DNA from: an uncultured virus (IMG/VR IMGVR_UViG_3300042429_000720) | Lineage: Duplodnaviria; Heunggongvirae; Uroviricota; Caudoviricetes | Length of the DNA stretch: 57,652 nucleotides | Virus record (IMG/VR): IMGVR_UViG_3300042429_000720 | Direction: 5' to 3' (one strand) | Shown: one piece after another, positions 17,170-27,741 of the stretch | How positions within the stretch are numbered: position 1 is the first letter of the stretch | Layout of the letters: every line of letters begins with the position of its first letter | The notes under the pieces: model-generated | What the model was told of the DNA's origin: nothing | Database searches by the model: none | The model's input: the letters and a program-made list of their open reading frames with translations, nothing else | Translations under genes and position numbers: made by a program

Positions 17170-17673
17170 ATGTTAGATCTATGTCCGTTTAAGCCCGTTC
17201 ACTCGGTAGAGTGGTTGGAGAGTTACTTTGCTGAGAACTGCTACAAGAAGCCTTACGATCGTTTTATGTGGTGGAGAGGTTATGTAGCTAAGAAGAAGCC
17301 TTTGTTTCCTCAAGCTCATTTCAAGGAGAAGGTTATGAACGGTGACTTTGACTTTCCTCATTATAAGTACGAGGCCGAGTTAGTAGAGCATAAACTCCGT
17401 CATGCCTATATAAATAAAGTTGATATCGTTGGATTTAATGAATCTCAGAGTCTGAATATGGCTCGGTGGAAACGCCTGCTTGAAGATCATACTAAAGAAG
17501 AAGCCAAGCGGTTGGAAGGTATATATAAGGAGTGTAAAAAGAACTACGGCTTATCTCGAGAAAAAGTAGAAGAAGAGATTATGAACCTGGATGGCGATAG
17601 TGTAAAGGAGCTTTACCTAGTACTTGAAAAGAAGTACGGGTACAAGCAAGTAAGCGTTCCTAAGTTCAAATAG
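17170..17673 (+). CDS. hypothetical protein
   Basis: ATG directly after the TATCTTTAGGT promoter box (likely leaderless). Confidence 0.7.
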   Translation: MLDLCPFKPVHSVEWLESYFAENCYKKPYDRFMWWRGYVAKKKPLFPQAHFKEKVMNGDFDFPHYKYEAELVEHKLRHAYINKVDIVGFNESQSLNMARWKRLLEDHTKEEAKRLEGIYKECKKNYGLSREKVEEEIMNLDGDSVKELYLVLEKKYGYKQVSVPKFK

Positions 17674-17719
17674 GTACTCTGCTACGAAGGTGCTATTTAT
17701 ATGTAAAACCTCTCGTAGT

Positions 17720-18742
17720 ATGCCACTAACTCTAAGACTTGTTAAAGGTTCTGAACTAACCTACTCAGAACTTGATGGCAACTTTACATACCTGTCCAGC
17801 AGCCTTAACTCACTTATAGCAACAGGTTCCGTCTCCAGTAACGTGCTTACGTTTACTAAGGGGGATGGTAGCACATTTAACTTAACCGTCAATACAGGTT
17901 CAGGCGGTGGCGTCGGTGGTGGAACTACTCTAGTTCAAAATTTAACTTCAAACCAGACAGTAGGAGGGGTCTCCCCAGGTGACTTATTTACTGCCGGCTC
18001 CACTATTGAAGCTCTACTAAGATCAATGCTGATAACTTACATAGAGCCTACTATTAGTAGCTTACTGATTAAACTTGACGGTACTACTAGATCAACAGCC
18101 ACTAGAGATGTAGGTAACTCTTTTACCTGTAACTCAGCTTCATTCCTAGCAACCGTGGATAGCCCAGATGGAAACTATCCAGTATCTGCTAGCATTACAG
18201 GTTCTGGAGCAGATTCAGGACTACTCCAGGCGTATTTTTCTAACACTCTTTCAGGAACTAACGCCTTTACATTAGGATCTGCTCTGACGATTAATAGAGC
18301 AACTACAGCGGGCAATGTTACGTTTATTGTCAATACTAAGAGTCAGACTACTGCCGATACTCAATCTACAAATACAGGCTTTGCTTTCTACTGGAGAAAC
18401 TATTTAGCTGCTAGCTCTACTCCAATTACAGATAACGCCTCAGCTCAGAGTGTTATCAACTCTGATACTGTGACTAGTACCCTCACCACAACTAAAGCCT
18501 GGACTCCAACCTGTGATGCTAATAATAACGACCCTACTAAATACACTTACATAATCTACCCAGCGTCTTATGGTGATTTATCAAATGTAATTAAAGATGG
18601 GGCATTATCGGTAATAACAGCATTCGATAAAGTAGGAGACTTTACCGTGGCAAACGCTTATAGTTCCTCAACTTCATTTAGAGTATATCAATCAAAACAA
18701 AAAGGTGCATTTGGTTCAGGAGTAACATTAACAATATCTTAA
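17720..18742 (+). CDS. S/T/G-rich putative virion fibre/decoration protein
   Basis: N-terminal LRLVKGSELTYSELDGNFTYL and LTFTKGDG motifs typical of large-phage fibre proteins. Confidence 0.65.
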   Translation: MPLTLRLVKGSELTYSELDGNFTYLSSSLNSLIATGSVSSNVLTFTKGDGSTFNLTVNTGSGGGVGGGTTLVQNLTSNQTVGGVSPGDLFTAGSTIEALLRSMLITYIEPTISSLLIKLDGTTRSTATRDVGNSFTCNSASFLATVDSPDGNYPVSASITGSGADSGLLQAYFSNTLSGTNAFTLGSALTINRATTAGNVTFIVNTKSQTTADTQSTNTGFAFYWRNYLAASSTPITDNASAQSVINSDTVTSTLTTTKAWTPTCDANNNDPTKYTYIIYPASYGDLSNVIKDGALSVITAFDKVGDFTVANAYSSSTSFRVYQSKQKGAFGSGVTLTIS

Positions 18743-18746
18743 GATC

Positions 18747-20537
18747 ATGGCTATATTTTTTCCTGACATTCTAGAAAATAACAACACTAACTACCCGTTA
18801 GTTGATGCTACTTCTTTAAAAGGAACTGCATACCCTCTAGCTTCTATTAACAATACTGGAAGTATACCTTCCGATAAGAGGAATGTGGGTACGATAGTAT
18901 TTGATTCTGGATCCGGTAAGTTTTACGGGTTTAAAGGAAGCAGTGTATCTAACTGGAATACTGGTTCTAACTGGATAGAGTTTGGAAGTGGAAGCGGTGG
19001 CGGCACTACTGTAAATCATTTATTTGATAGATGTATTGTTAACGGCTTTACGTACGATGGATACAACGCAGGTATTCTTAATCTCCAATTTGTTCCTACA
19101 GGCAGTACTTTAAATGGCCTGTTCGGTGAAAATCTAGCCTACAAAGTTGGAGATAAAATGATAGTCTACGTAGATGATAAAAACTATATTAAGGGTACAG
19201 TTAACCAAGTTCCAGGAGGCTTTGGAGTAGGTTCAATTAACGTATTGGTTAACGCAGTTATTGGAACTACTGCGTCTGATGACTACTGTATAACATTAGA
19301 TTTAACTAGAGATTCCTACGTTTATGCTACCCAAACAGGTTCATTCCTATACAGCGGTTCTTACAACAGTACAACTTCCGCATTAACATTACATAGTAGT
19401 ACCAATACCTACAACCTAGACCTATCCGGACTTGCCGGAGGTGGTGGTGGTGGTTTCGCTATCACAGCATCTAATGAAGGTACTGTGTTAACTGAGAATG
19501 CAAGAACCTTTGATTTCGTAGGTAATGCTGTTACTGCTACTAACGTAGGGTCAGCCGTAACTGTTACAATCAATACAGGATCTACATCAGCAACAGACAT
19601 TACAGCTCTTAACAACTTTACAGGCTCAGCTCAAACAAGCATTACCGGATTAAATACTTTCTCAGGCTCAGCTCAAACAAGCATTACCGGATTAAATATT
19701 TTCTCAGGCTCAGCTCAAATAAGTATTAATGCATTAAATAGCTTCTCAGGCTCAGCCAACACTAGACTTGGTAGCTTAGAAGCTGCTACAGGTTCTTACG
19801 TTACAAATGCTAGGACAGGTTCATTCTACTACTCGTCTTCAATAAGCAGCAACGTCATTACTTTCAACCAAGGAGACGGAACTACAGAAAGTATTACTCT
19901 AGTATCTGTACCTAGTGCTTCGTTTGCTCCTAATTTATATAATTCAGACGGTACTTTAACAGCAGCAAGAGAAGTTAACCTTAGTACTAATGCTCTAAAA
20001 TTTAATAATACTAACGCTTTCTTTACTGTTAGTGGATCTGATAGAGTAACTTTTAATAACCTCAGTGAAGCTAATTATGGGTATGTTGCAGGGTATGACT
20101 TAACCGGTATTTCAGGCACACAAGGTCTATTAGGTTACGTAACTGCTTCAAAACTTACAGTAGCTAGTGCTTCACATGCTCCTAACCTCTACAATTCAAA
20201 CGGAACATTAACAGGAGATAGAGTTATCACACTCGGAGCTAATAATGAGCTTAGAATACAGCCTGGAACAGGTGCAAGTGAGTTTAGAATCTCAGACGGT
20301 CCTTCAGGTGGACCATTTATCTACGAAGTAGTTGTTAACGGAGCTGGATCGCTTAGAGTTAATAGCCCGGATAGTGCTAGCTTTGCAACTGATATATTCA
20401 TAACCTTAGGAAAGGTACTTACACTTCAGCCAACTTCTGTACTTCCGATAGGAGCACCTGTAGGCTCATTTGCAGTATCCAGCAGTGTTCCTCCTAGACC
20501 TTATATGTGGGATGGAACTACTTGGTATGCTCTTTAA
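18747..20537 (+). CDS. putative tail/head fibre protein
   Basis: S/T/G-rich; 14-aa coiled-coil repeats; two NLYNS.GTLT repeats; ends YMWDGTTW. Confidence 0.65.
   Translation: MAIFFPDILENNNTNYPLVDATSLKGTAYPLASINNTGSIPSDKRNVGTIVFDSGSGKFYGFKGSSVSNWNTGSNWIEFGSGSGGGTTVNHLFDRCIVNGFTYDGYNAGILNLQFVPTGSTLNGLFGENLAYKVGDKMIVYVDDKNYIKGTVNQVPGGFGVGSINVLVNAVIGTTASDDYCITLDLTRDSYVYATQTGSFLYSGSYNSTTSALTLHSSTNTYNLDLSGLAGGGGGGFAITASNEGTVLTENARTFDFVGNAVTATNVGSAVTVTINTGSTSATDITALNNFTGSAQTSITGLNTFSGSAQTSITGLNIFSGSAQISINALNSFSGSANTRLGSLEAATGSYVTNARTGSFYYSSSISSNVITFNQGDGTTESITLVSVPSASFAPNLYNSDGTLTAAREVNLSTNALKFNNTNAFFTVSGSDRVTFNNLSEANYGYVAGYDLTGISGTQGLLGYVTASKLTVASASHAPNLYNSNGTLTGDRVITLGANNELRIQPGTGASEFRISDGPSGGPFIYEVVVNGAGSLRVNSPDSASFATDIFITLGKVLTLQPTSVLPIGAPVGSFAVSSSVPPRPYMWDGTTWYAL
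19607..19760 (+). repeat. 42-bp in-frame tandem repeat (about 4 units; LNxFSGSAQTSITG)
   Basis: CAGGCTCAGCTCAAACAAGCATTACCGGATTAAATA repeated. Confidence 0.9.
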
Positions 20538-20597
20538 AAAAAAGTTTGAACGAAAAGTAAATCTTTATATATTTATATAAAATAAAAAGTCAAAACT

Positions 20598-20894
20598 ATG
20601 TTAAAACGTTTTTGGAATTGGTTGTTAGGTAAGACTACTATTGACGAGAAGATTGTTGAGAAAGTCGAGCAAGTTCAAGAGAGAGTTGAAAGAGTAAAGG
20701 AAGAAGTAAAAGATGTAGTTGCCGCTGCAAAAGAGGTAGCTAAACAAGCTTCTGACGTTGCTGAAGCTGCTGCAGGTAAGCCACGCCGTGGTCGTAAACC
20801 AGTTGCAAAAAAAAATGCTCCTGCAGAGACTGCAGCTGTAGCTAAGCCTGCTCCTAAGAGAACTGCTACTAAAGGTCGCAAAGCTAGTAAGTAG
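20598..20894 (+). CDS. K/A-rich basic protein (histone H1-like tail)
   Basis: Coiled-coil followed by KPRRGRKP and an AKPAPK-rich tail. Confidence 0.7.
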   Translation: MLKRFWNWLLGKTTIDEKIVEKVEQVQERVERVKEEVKDVVAAAKEVAKQASDVAEAAAGKPRRGRKPVAKKNAPAETAAVAKPAPKRTATKGRKASK

Positions 20895-21136
20895 TGAATC
20901 AGAACTTAAATGTAAGTCTGGATCAAACCCTTCCGGTAGAGTGTGAGAAGTGCGGAGGTATTTACTTCGAGCAGGCACTACACATCCGCAAGGTATCAGG
21001 GCTACTAACCGGCACAGGTCAAACATCCTACCTCCCAATCCCAGTCTTTGCATGCAAGTCATGCGGACACGTCAATACAGAGTTCTTGCCTAAAGAACTA
21101 AAAGACCTGGGGGGAGATGAAAGCAGTACAGATTAG
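20894..21136 (+). CDS. Zn-ribbon protein
   Basis: CEKC...CKSCGH. Confidence 0.75.
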   Translation: MNQNLNVSLDQTLPVECEKCGGIYFEQALHIRKVSGLLTGTGQTSYLPIPVFACKSCGHVNTEFLPKELKDLGGDESSTD

Positions 21137-21238
21137 CGTTCACTTCAACGAGCCGGTATGGATGTACGATGGAATGCAAGAATCCATCTACAACGACCAC
21201 TCTGAAGAAGAAGAGTAAGCGTAAGGTATACTTTAATT

Positions 21239-21270
21239 AGGAAAGGGACTTCTGGTCCCTCTTCCTGTTT
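21239..21270 (+). terminator. Putative intrinsic terminator
   Basis: AGGAAAGGGAC-TTCTG-GTCCCTCTTCCT followed by GTTT. Confidence 0.5.
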
Positions 21271-21334
21271 ATATTTATAATGGAATTGTTGTAGGTAATT
21301 GTTTTTGGAATTTAAACATAACTTACGACCCTCT

Positions 21335-23269
21335 ATGAAAAAAATCTTTGTAGTACTCGCTGCAATTTTAGGATTAACAGCTCAAGCACAGAATGGTGCT
21401 AATGAGATCCTACCAGCTCCTAACTCATCTACTCCTTACATTCTAGTAGATACTTTGTTTACTCTGGCTAATCACCCGGCCACCTACACCGATATCTACG
21501 TACACTTTGCTAACCCAACTGCAACACCAGTTAAAGCTGTCCAGTTTAGATTGTTTTACGACAATACTAAATTCTCTGGAGCTACCATGTTCTGGGGTCC
21601 AACAGCACAGTCGGTATCAGATAAGTACGGATCTTACTTCGATGTAAATGCTAGCGGGTATATCAACGTTGTAGCAACTTACACCGGTACCAATACTTCC
21701 TATGACTGGAATGATGGTGCGATGTTTAAGTTAAGACTTAATCACGGATCTAACTACAAAGGAGTTACTAACTCAATGGCCATCACAGGAGCCAGCTCCT
21801 ACACCAACCTTGCAACAGTTGGTAGCGGTACCGACGTTACTCTAACCTTATTCAACTACGGAGGTGCATTCCAAATGACTCCGATGACTTTCCCAGTCAG
21901 AGCTAAGAACGCAGACGGATCACCAGCTCAAGGAGTTTGGTTCTCAGCTGCAAAGAGACTCAAGTCAACTCCTCTTGCAACTTGGCAGCCAATCTCTTCT
22001 GATTCAACTAATGCAGCAGGTCTAGTAGAGTTTACTCACCCTCTTGATACAAACTACTGGCATCTTAAGATCGCTGCTCAGACTGACTCAATGTCTGACG
22101 GTGGTGCAATCTCAATCACAGACGCCTATAAATTAGCCAACCACGTTACCGGCCAAGATACTTTAGCAGGTATAGAGTGGTACGAAGGTGATATCAACCA
22201 ATCACAGACAGTAACTATCTCTGACGGCTTTGCCGTATTCAATAGATTAGCTCTTCAGTCAACTACCTGGAGTGGATTATTTACAGGAGTAAACAACGTT
22301 GCAACATTATGGCCTGGTGAGTACGATCCTGCAACTCTAGCTACCGGAGCTCCTAACTGGGCTACTACTCCTAGAAGATACGCAATCGATACTATTGTTA
22401 ATAGTCTAGACTCAATCAATCCTTACATCTACGTAGTTGGTGACGCTACAACAACCGGCTACAACAATCCAGCAACAATCCTTGCTAAGATCAACCCAGC
22501 CGGAGGCGGTATCACAGAATACGTTCTAGACCCAGCAGTCTATATGTCAAACAAGCCTGACACAGTTCAGTTTAGATTCCCTAAGCTAGTACTTACTGCA
22601 GACAACTTCGTTGACGTTCCAGTTACTATGTACACATTCGGTAACAAGATTGGAGCAGCTCAGATGGGCTTTGAATACGACACCAACATCTTTGAGTTCA
22701 TCTCAATCGAAGCAGGACCAGTAGCAGCTAAATGGACCAGTCTTATTAGTGTAGAGAAAGGCAGAGTGTTCTGGGCCGGTCACGAAGATAAGATGAACCC
22801 TGCAGTGCTAGAAGCAATGAGCAATGCATTTACATTCCGCTTTAGAGTTAAATCAATCCTAGGATGGACTTCAGCTCCTCTAAGAATCTTCGACAAAGCA
22901 GCTGGTAACGAAAAAGCAGATGACCTATCAGTTAAGCCTTCTCTTAACGATGGTTCGATCATCAACGGAAGAGCTACTCTAGATCCTATTACAACGGAGA
23001 AGATCTACGGCTTCCACGTATACCCTAACCCAGTATCGGATATGACCGGTGGATGGGCTATAGCAGAATTCTACACAGAAGATAAGCAGCCTCTAACTAT
23101 GGTGATTGCAAACATGCAAGGTCAAATCCTAAAGGCTGAAAAAATTAATCAAACAGATCTAGGCTTCCAATACAAAGGAATCTACCTGGGTGATTTACCA
23201 AAAGGTACTTACTTCGTAAGACTGGTTATGAACGACAGAGATAAAGTTTACAAATTAATTAAATTCTAA
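21335..23269 (+). CDS. T9SS type A cargo with cohesin-like and dockerin-like domains
   Basis: Signal peptide; VKAVQFRLFYD and VDVPV...GAAQMGFEYDTNIFEF (cohesin-like); ISITDA...GDINQSQTVTISDG (dockerin-like); VYPNP...L.KGTYFV CTD. Confidence 0.8.
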   Translation: MKKIFVVLAAILGLTAQAQNGANEILPAPNSSTPYILVDTLFTLANHPATYTDIYVHFANPTATPVKAVQFRLFYDNTKFSGATMFWGPTAQSVSDKYGSYFDVNASGYINVVATYTGTNTSYDWNDGAMFKLRLNHGSNYKGVTNSMAITGASSYTNLATVGSGTDVTLTLFNYGGAFQMTPMTFPVRAKNADGSPAQGVWFSAAKRLKSTPLATWQPISSDSTNAAGLVEFTHPLDTNYWHLKIAAQTDSMSDGGAISITDAYKLANHVTGQDTLAGIEWYEGDINQSQTVTISDGFAVFNRLALQSTTWSGLFTGVNNVATLWPGEYDPATLATGAPNWATTPRRYAIDTIVNSLDSINPYIYVVGDATTTGYNNPATILAKINPAGGGITEYVLDPAVYMSNKPDTVQFRFPKLVLTADNFVDVPVTMYTFGNKIGAAQMGFEYDTNIFEFISIEAGPVAAKWTSLISVEKGRVFWAGHEDKMNPAVLEAMSNAFTFRFRVKSILGWTSAPLRIFDKAAGNEKADDLSVKPSLNDGSIINGRATLDPITTEKIYGFHVYPNPVSDMTGGWAIAEFYTEDKQPLTMVIANMQGQILKAEKINQTDLGFQYKGIYLGDLPKGTYFVRLVMNDRDKVYKLIKF

Positions 23270-23274
23270 AAGTC

Positions 23275-23655
23275 ATGAGTGAAGAACAAGAAGGCGGAAT
23301 GTCTAGCGTAAAGAAGACAGTCCTAGGAGTATTAGGTACAGCTGTAACAGGTATTGGTATCTGGGCTACTACTCACATTAATAGCTTGTTAGGTATTGAG
23401 GATGAAGAGGAGACTAAAACTGAGCAGGTAGCTCCTGCCCCGGCTCCAGTTATCGTTAACCTTGAGAACAACAATACCCAGCAGCAGAACAACTCCGGTG
23501 GTGGTACTACTATCATCAAAGAGACTGTTCGTGAAGTACCAGCTCAAGCAGCAGCACCAGCTCCAGCAGCTCCAGCTGAAGAGAAGAAAGAAACTCCAGC
23601 CGAAAGAATGGCTCGCCTTAAAAAGCAGAGAGAAGACCAGAACGCCGGTAAGTAA
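23275..23655 (+). CDS. membrane-anchored protein with N/Q- and A/P-rich linker
   Basis: N-terminal TM segment; low-complexity remainder. Confidence 0.7.
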   Translation: MSEEQEGGMSSVKKTVLGVLGTAVTGIGIWATTHINSLLGIEDEEETKTEQVAPAPAPVIVNLENNNTQQQNNSGGGTTIIKETVREVPAQAAAPAPAAPAEEKKETPAERMARLKKQREDQNAGK

Positions 23656-24395
23656 TGAGAACTAGAAGAGACGAGATTATGGAAAAGATTTTCGCTCCTA
23701 TAGGGGTACTTCTGGTTGTAGGTGGAATGTTAGTTGTAGGTACGTTAGCGACCTCATGTAAATCTTCTGTAGGTGTACAACAGTATACAGCCGAGTTTGA
23801 GAAAGCAGAAGCTCTAAATACTCTTCCAGCCTTTACCGGTCAGAAGCAGGTAGTGCAGCTATCTAAGCTTAATGTCAATAAAGAGCTTTGGGATATGTTC
23901 CCTGAGTTAAGAGACAAGAGAGTGGGTATGGGTGTATCGAATAGAATCATTGAGAACTTCGAACAGACCGGTCGCTTTACTTACGCTGAAGAGAAAGAAG
24001 CAATTCAGAATCAGATGCTTGATGCTTGGGAGACTGAACTAAACGGACTTTCAAATGGCAAGACTCAACTTACAATGGAAGGCATTGCCGTTCCTAAGTA
24101 TGTTGTGTATGCTGAGATCTATGACTTCTCTGTATCATATGCTGAGACTTACGATAAAGGTAAAACAAATAAGACCAATACTACTATCATCGGCATTCAG
24201 ATCCGAATGGTAAATGTGGATAACGGACAGTATATTGTGGCTTCAGGTCAAGGAACTTCAACCCAAGTTGGTGAGGGCTTCTTTAAGAATCCTCAGATGG
24301 GGTTTGATGGTTCAACAGTTGGCGTTGCTACACAACGTGCGTTAGAGGTTGCGACTGTAAACCTCGTCAAGCGCATGGAGCAGTATGGATGGTAA
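23655..24395 (+). CDS. CsgG-like (curli pore/TolB-N fold) lipoprotein
   Basis: LATSC lipobox; TGRF..E, I.DFSV, IGIQIRMVNVDNGQYIVASG. Confidence 0.75.
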   Translation: MRTRRDEIMEKIFAPIGVLLVVGGMLVVGTLATSCKSSVGVQQYTAEFEKAEALNTLPAFTGQKQVVQLSKLNVNKELWDMFPELRDKRVGMGVSNRIIENFEQTGRFTYAEEKEAIQNQMLDAWETELNGLSNGKTQLTMEGIAVPKYVVYAEIYDFSVSYAETYDKGKTNKTNTTIIGIQIRMVNVDNGQYIVASGQGTSTQVGEGFFKNPQMGFDGSTVGVATQRALEVATVNLVKRMEQYGW

Positions 24396-25932
24396 ATGGA
24401 AAATAGCGTTAATATTTCTAATTGCATGGTTCAAAGGGTATAGTCAGTATATCTATACCTACACCGATCCTTGCACAGGAATACTTAACTCTGTTACCAT
24501 TACCCAGCCATCAGGCTCTGTAACGCTCTTTTATGCCGGACAATACAATACTTTTACAGCAGCCCAGCTACAGGCCGGAGCCTTCGAGCTTTGGGTACAA
24601 AGTGTTAATGCAAGTGTGCCTGCAGGAAGTAACCCCTGCGCTGGAGGCGGGGGTACTATCACAACAGGATCAAATGCAGCTATTGGCACTAATACGGTCA
24701 ATAACGTATCAGGCATAGTTAGTATCGCCGCCAGTCTAGGCGGGAACATAGGATCATCCGCTATTCCGGGCGGAGGTGTAGCAGGTGGTGGAACTTCAAA
24801 TACAAATAATAATGACAATGGTTCGAATTCTTCTGGTAGCAGCTCTAGTAGTTCTGGGAATGGCGGTAGTAGTTCTGGGTCTAGCTCCGGTAGCTCCGGA
24901 ACAGGCTCTACAGGCAGTGGAGGGAGCACTGGTGGGAGTGGCGGTAGCGGTAGTACTGGTGGCGGTGGCTCTGGCTCGGGTTCTGGCGGAGGTTCCGGAG
25001 GAGGTTCAGGAACTGGAGGCTCTGGTTCTTCAGGCGGCTCAGGCTCAGGCGGTTCGGGATCGGGTGGTTCGGGATCAGGTCAACCTTCCTCCGGTCAGGG
25101 TGAAGGCGGAGGAGGATCTATTCCATCTTCAGGAGGAGGAGGCTCGACTGAGGGCGGTGGTACGGAATCAGGAGCAGTCGGTGGGCAAGAAAACACAACC
25201 TCAGCATCAGGTGGGGAGTCTGAAAGCTCGTCAAATGGCAATGGTGGTGGTAAAAGCGGCGGCGGAGGTCAAAAGCAAAAAAGCAGGCAAGAGAAAGTAG
25301 GTAGAGGAGCTCTCATAGGCTCCGGTGACTTTGTCGCCATCAGAAACTCCGGCAACATCAGGGACACGGGTCAGGATAATTTTAGGTTCAACTCCTCCAT
25401 CACCCATGTCAATACCAAGCAAAACTTTATCAAAGGAGTTAATCTGAATTACACTACCGGTGAGAATGTTCTGAATACTACTCTATATGGTTCTTATAAA
25501 GCTAAAGGGTTTATGGGGGTATTCTCCAATTCGGTGATGACTAACTTTAAGACCGATTGGTTTAATACAACCACAGCTCTAGCAGCTCAAAAAGCAGGAC
25601 CTGCTACAATGATGTTGGGTACTAATTTTACTGCCGGGCAGCTGGGGAAGAGCTGGTTCCGGAACTGGTCCATAGTCGGAGGAGGATTTACAAACTTTAA
25701 AGGAGGAAAATCAATAGGTGGAAACGTAATGCTGTTGGGCGTATATTCACCTTATATCTTCTACTACCAAGGTCAGTGGTACAGTTCAGGAATGCTACTA
25801 GTACCTCTAGCTAACATAGATTTTAAATTAACTGATAAGTTCAAATGGAGTATTTCATTCTCAGGAGCTTATCAATGGAATGCAGAAATACTTAATTACC
25901 AGATATCAACAGGAACAAAAATACTGTTATGA
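24385..25932 (+). CDS. Secreted protein with long Gly/Ser tract and C-terminal beta-barrel-like domain
   Basis: Signal peptide; YTYTDPC N-domain; about 170-aa G/S tract; amphipathic strands at the C-terminus. Confidence 0.7.
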   Translation: MDGKWKIALIFLIAWFKGYSQYIYTYTDPCTGILNSVTITQPSGSVTLFYAGQYNTFTAAQLQAGAFELWVQSVNASVPAGSNPCAGGGGTITTGSNAAIGTNTVNNVSGIVSIAASLGGNIGSSAIPGGGVAGGGTSNTNNNDNGSNSSGSSSSSSGNGGSSSGSSSGSSGTGSTGSGGSTGGSGGSGSTGGGGSGSGSGGGSGGGSGTGGSGSSGGSGSGGSGSGGSGSGQPSSGQGEGGGGSIPSSGGGGSTEGGGTESGAVGGQENTTSASGGESESSSNGNGGGKSGGGGQKQKSRQEKVGRGALIGSGDFVAIRNSGNIRDTGQDNFRFNSSITHVNTKQNFIKGVNLNYTTGENVLNTTLYGSYKAKGFMGVFSNSVMTNFKTDWFNTTTALAAQKAGPATMMLGTNFTAGQLGKSWFRNWSIVGGGFTNFKGGKSIGGNVMLLGVYSPYIFYYQGQWYSSGMLLVPLANIDFKLTDKFKWSISFSGAYQWNAEILNYQISTGTKILL

Positions 25933-26747
25933 AAAAATTTTTACTACTCATCTTAATACCTTTCAATGTCTTTGCCCAGACTACCCAAGAGGGCTCTGAA
26001 TCAGTCTCGGAGTGGACTTCAATTCAGTACGTTGATCTTGATAACGACATCATTAGTAGTTCAAGCCTATCCTTCGGGTTCCTAGGTCAGTTTAGTATCT
26101 TCAGCTATAATCTCGCCTACCAGCTTAAGAATAAGAATCACACCAACGGGTTCTTCCTTTCAAGGACTCCTTCATTTAATTTTACTAAGTTCGGCTACAA
26201 CTACATCAGAGAGAAAGAATTCCCTAACGGCCTGCTTAGAACCAACACATACAGCCTCACGATAGGAGGGAGTGATGTAGGAGTGAATACAATTTCAGTT
26301 ACTCCTTTCCTTAATCAGACTTACCAGAAGAGTAGCTACAAGCTAGGGTACACTTTGTTTGTGAAGGATAATAGCTGGGACGGGTTTCAATTCCTTGATA
26401 CTTACATCCCGGCAGGCTTCCAGACTAAGTTCAGTGTCATGCTCTTAGGAATGAAAGAGTTTCAAGCAGGAAGATGGGTGGCAAGACCTGAGATCTTTAT
26501 GTTGTCATCTCTTAGAACCCACTTTAAACATTTAGAGGACTCGGAAGATTATTTAGATATCTGGTTTTGGAATAGAACTAACTTGACTACTTACTTCGGT
26601 ACTACTATTCAATACAATGTTACTGATGTATTTGCATTTGCTACGAAGTTTAGAACTAGTTATACTTATGATATATCTGATATAGAGAATGGATACAGCA
26701 AAACCACGCCTTATATCGTTTCAATAGGCGCTAATTATGACTTCTAA
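25929..26747 (+). CDS. putative outer-membrane beta-barrel protein
   Basis: Signal peptide; aromatic-rich strands; C-terminal IGANYDF beta-signal. Confidence 0.7.
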   Translation: MKKFLLLILIPFNVFAQTTQEGSESVSEWTSIQYVDLDNDIISSSSLSFGFLGQFSIFSYNLAYQLKNKNHTNGFFLSRTPSFNFTKFGYNYIREKEFPNGLLRTNTYSLTIGGSDVGVNTISVTPFLNQTYQKSSYKLGYTLFVKDNSWDGFQFLDTYIPAGFQTKFSVMLLGMKEFQAGRWVARPEIFMLSSLRTHFKHLEDSEDYLDIWFWNRTNLTTYFGTTIQYNVTDVFAFATKFRTSYTYDISDIENGYSKTTPYIVSIGANYDF

Positions 26748-27732
26748 GGTTCTTATCACTTCAGCTTTTGTATTCCTGGTACAGTTACTAGGTCTCTCTC
26801 AGACCTTTACTCACTCGGGTGCTATAAGGACCGAAGGCAATATAGGAGTTCCAGGAGTAACAGTCAACCTTTATAAAAGAGTCACCCCAGTCATTACAGG
26901 TTTTACAAATCAGCAGAACTACAACGGTCATTCCTACTACAGGTCAACAGGTTCAGCATTTTGGTCAGCAGCCAAAGCTGCCTGTGACAACATGGGTGGA
27001 CATCTAGTAACAGTCACCACGCAGGCTGAAAATAACTTTATATTTGGGTTATGGCCATCGGGTTGGATAGGATTAACCGATGAAGTAAATGAAGGAGTAT
27101 GGAGATGGGTTACCGGTGAAGCTTACTCTTACACTTCTTGGAACCCTGGAGAGCCAAACAACGCAGGTAATGAAGACTACGTTCAGTTTGTCGGTAATGG
27201 AAAATGGAATGACCTACCTAACAATGTAAACTTGCCCTATGTTTTAGAGTTTGAATACATAGTTACTACTACTGCCTGGACTATTCAAGCCACATCAGTC
27301 ACTAATTTAAATGGGCAGTATTCTTTCTCCCAACCCACCAATCCTTCCGTTGAGTGGTATATCGAAGTAGTAGTTCCTACTGTAACTTCTAATCTTACTT
27401 CTGCAGATTTTGAAGGAGTGGGTGATGTTGTAACTCAGAAAGTTACCTTAAGACCCTTCCACTATCACAAGTACGATTTAAACCTTGAAGGAAAGATTAC
27501 TACTGCCGATATTTGCATTATAGCTGATAGAATTAACGGAGCACCTTTTACTAAAAGCACATTGCTTTTTACAAATGCTCAATGGACTAGCCTTAATAGC
27601 GGTTCTTCAAACCTAATGGGTTCAATACCTGGCTTGCAATCTAACTTTACCTTTACTCCTACTTCAGGAGGTATAAGCAACTTCTATTTATTATCGCCTG
27701 GATACTCTAACCAAGCCACGTTACAATACTAA
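26737..27732 (+). CDS. Secreted C-type lectin domain protein with dockerin-like repeat
   Basis: W..AK.AC...GGHLVTV...EN, WIGL, W.WVTG, W.PGEPNN, WND; YDLNLEGKITTAD. Confidence 0.85.
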   Translation: MTSKVLITSAFVFLVQLLGLSQTFTHSGAIRTEGNIGVPGVTVNLYKRVTPVITGFTNQQNYNGHSYYRSTGSAFWSAAKAACDNMGGHLVTVTTQAENNFIFGLWPSGWIGLTDEVNEGVWRWVTGEAYSYTSWNPGEPNNAGNEDYVQFVGNGKWNDLPNNVNLPYVLEFEYIVTTTAWTIQATSVTNLNGQYSFSQPTNPSVEWYIEVVVPTVTSNLTSADFEGVGDVVTQKVTLRPFHYHKYDLNLEGKITTADICIIADRINGAPFTKSTLLFTNAQWTSLNSGSSNLMGSIPGLQSNFTFTPTSGGISNFYLLSPGYSNQATLQY

Positions 27733-27741
27733 GTCAATATC

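Noticed and set aside
24531..25300. Overlapping ORFs in the Gly/Ser tract
   Set aside because: Shadow frames of low-complexity GGN/TCN codons
26737..27732. Diversity-generating retroelement target (C-type lectin)
   Set aside because: No reverse transcriptase or template repeat seen; this is a canonical Ca-binding CTLD
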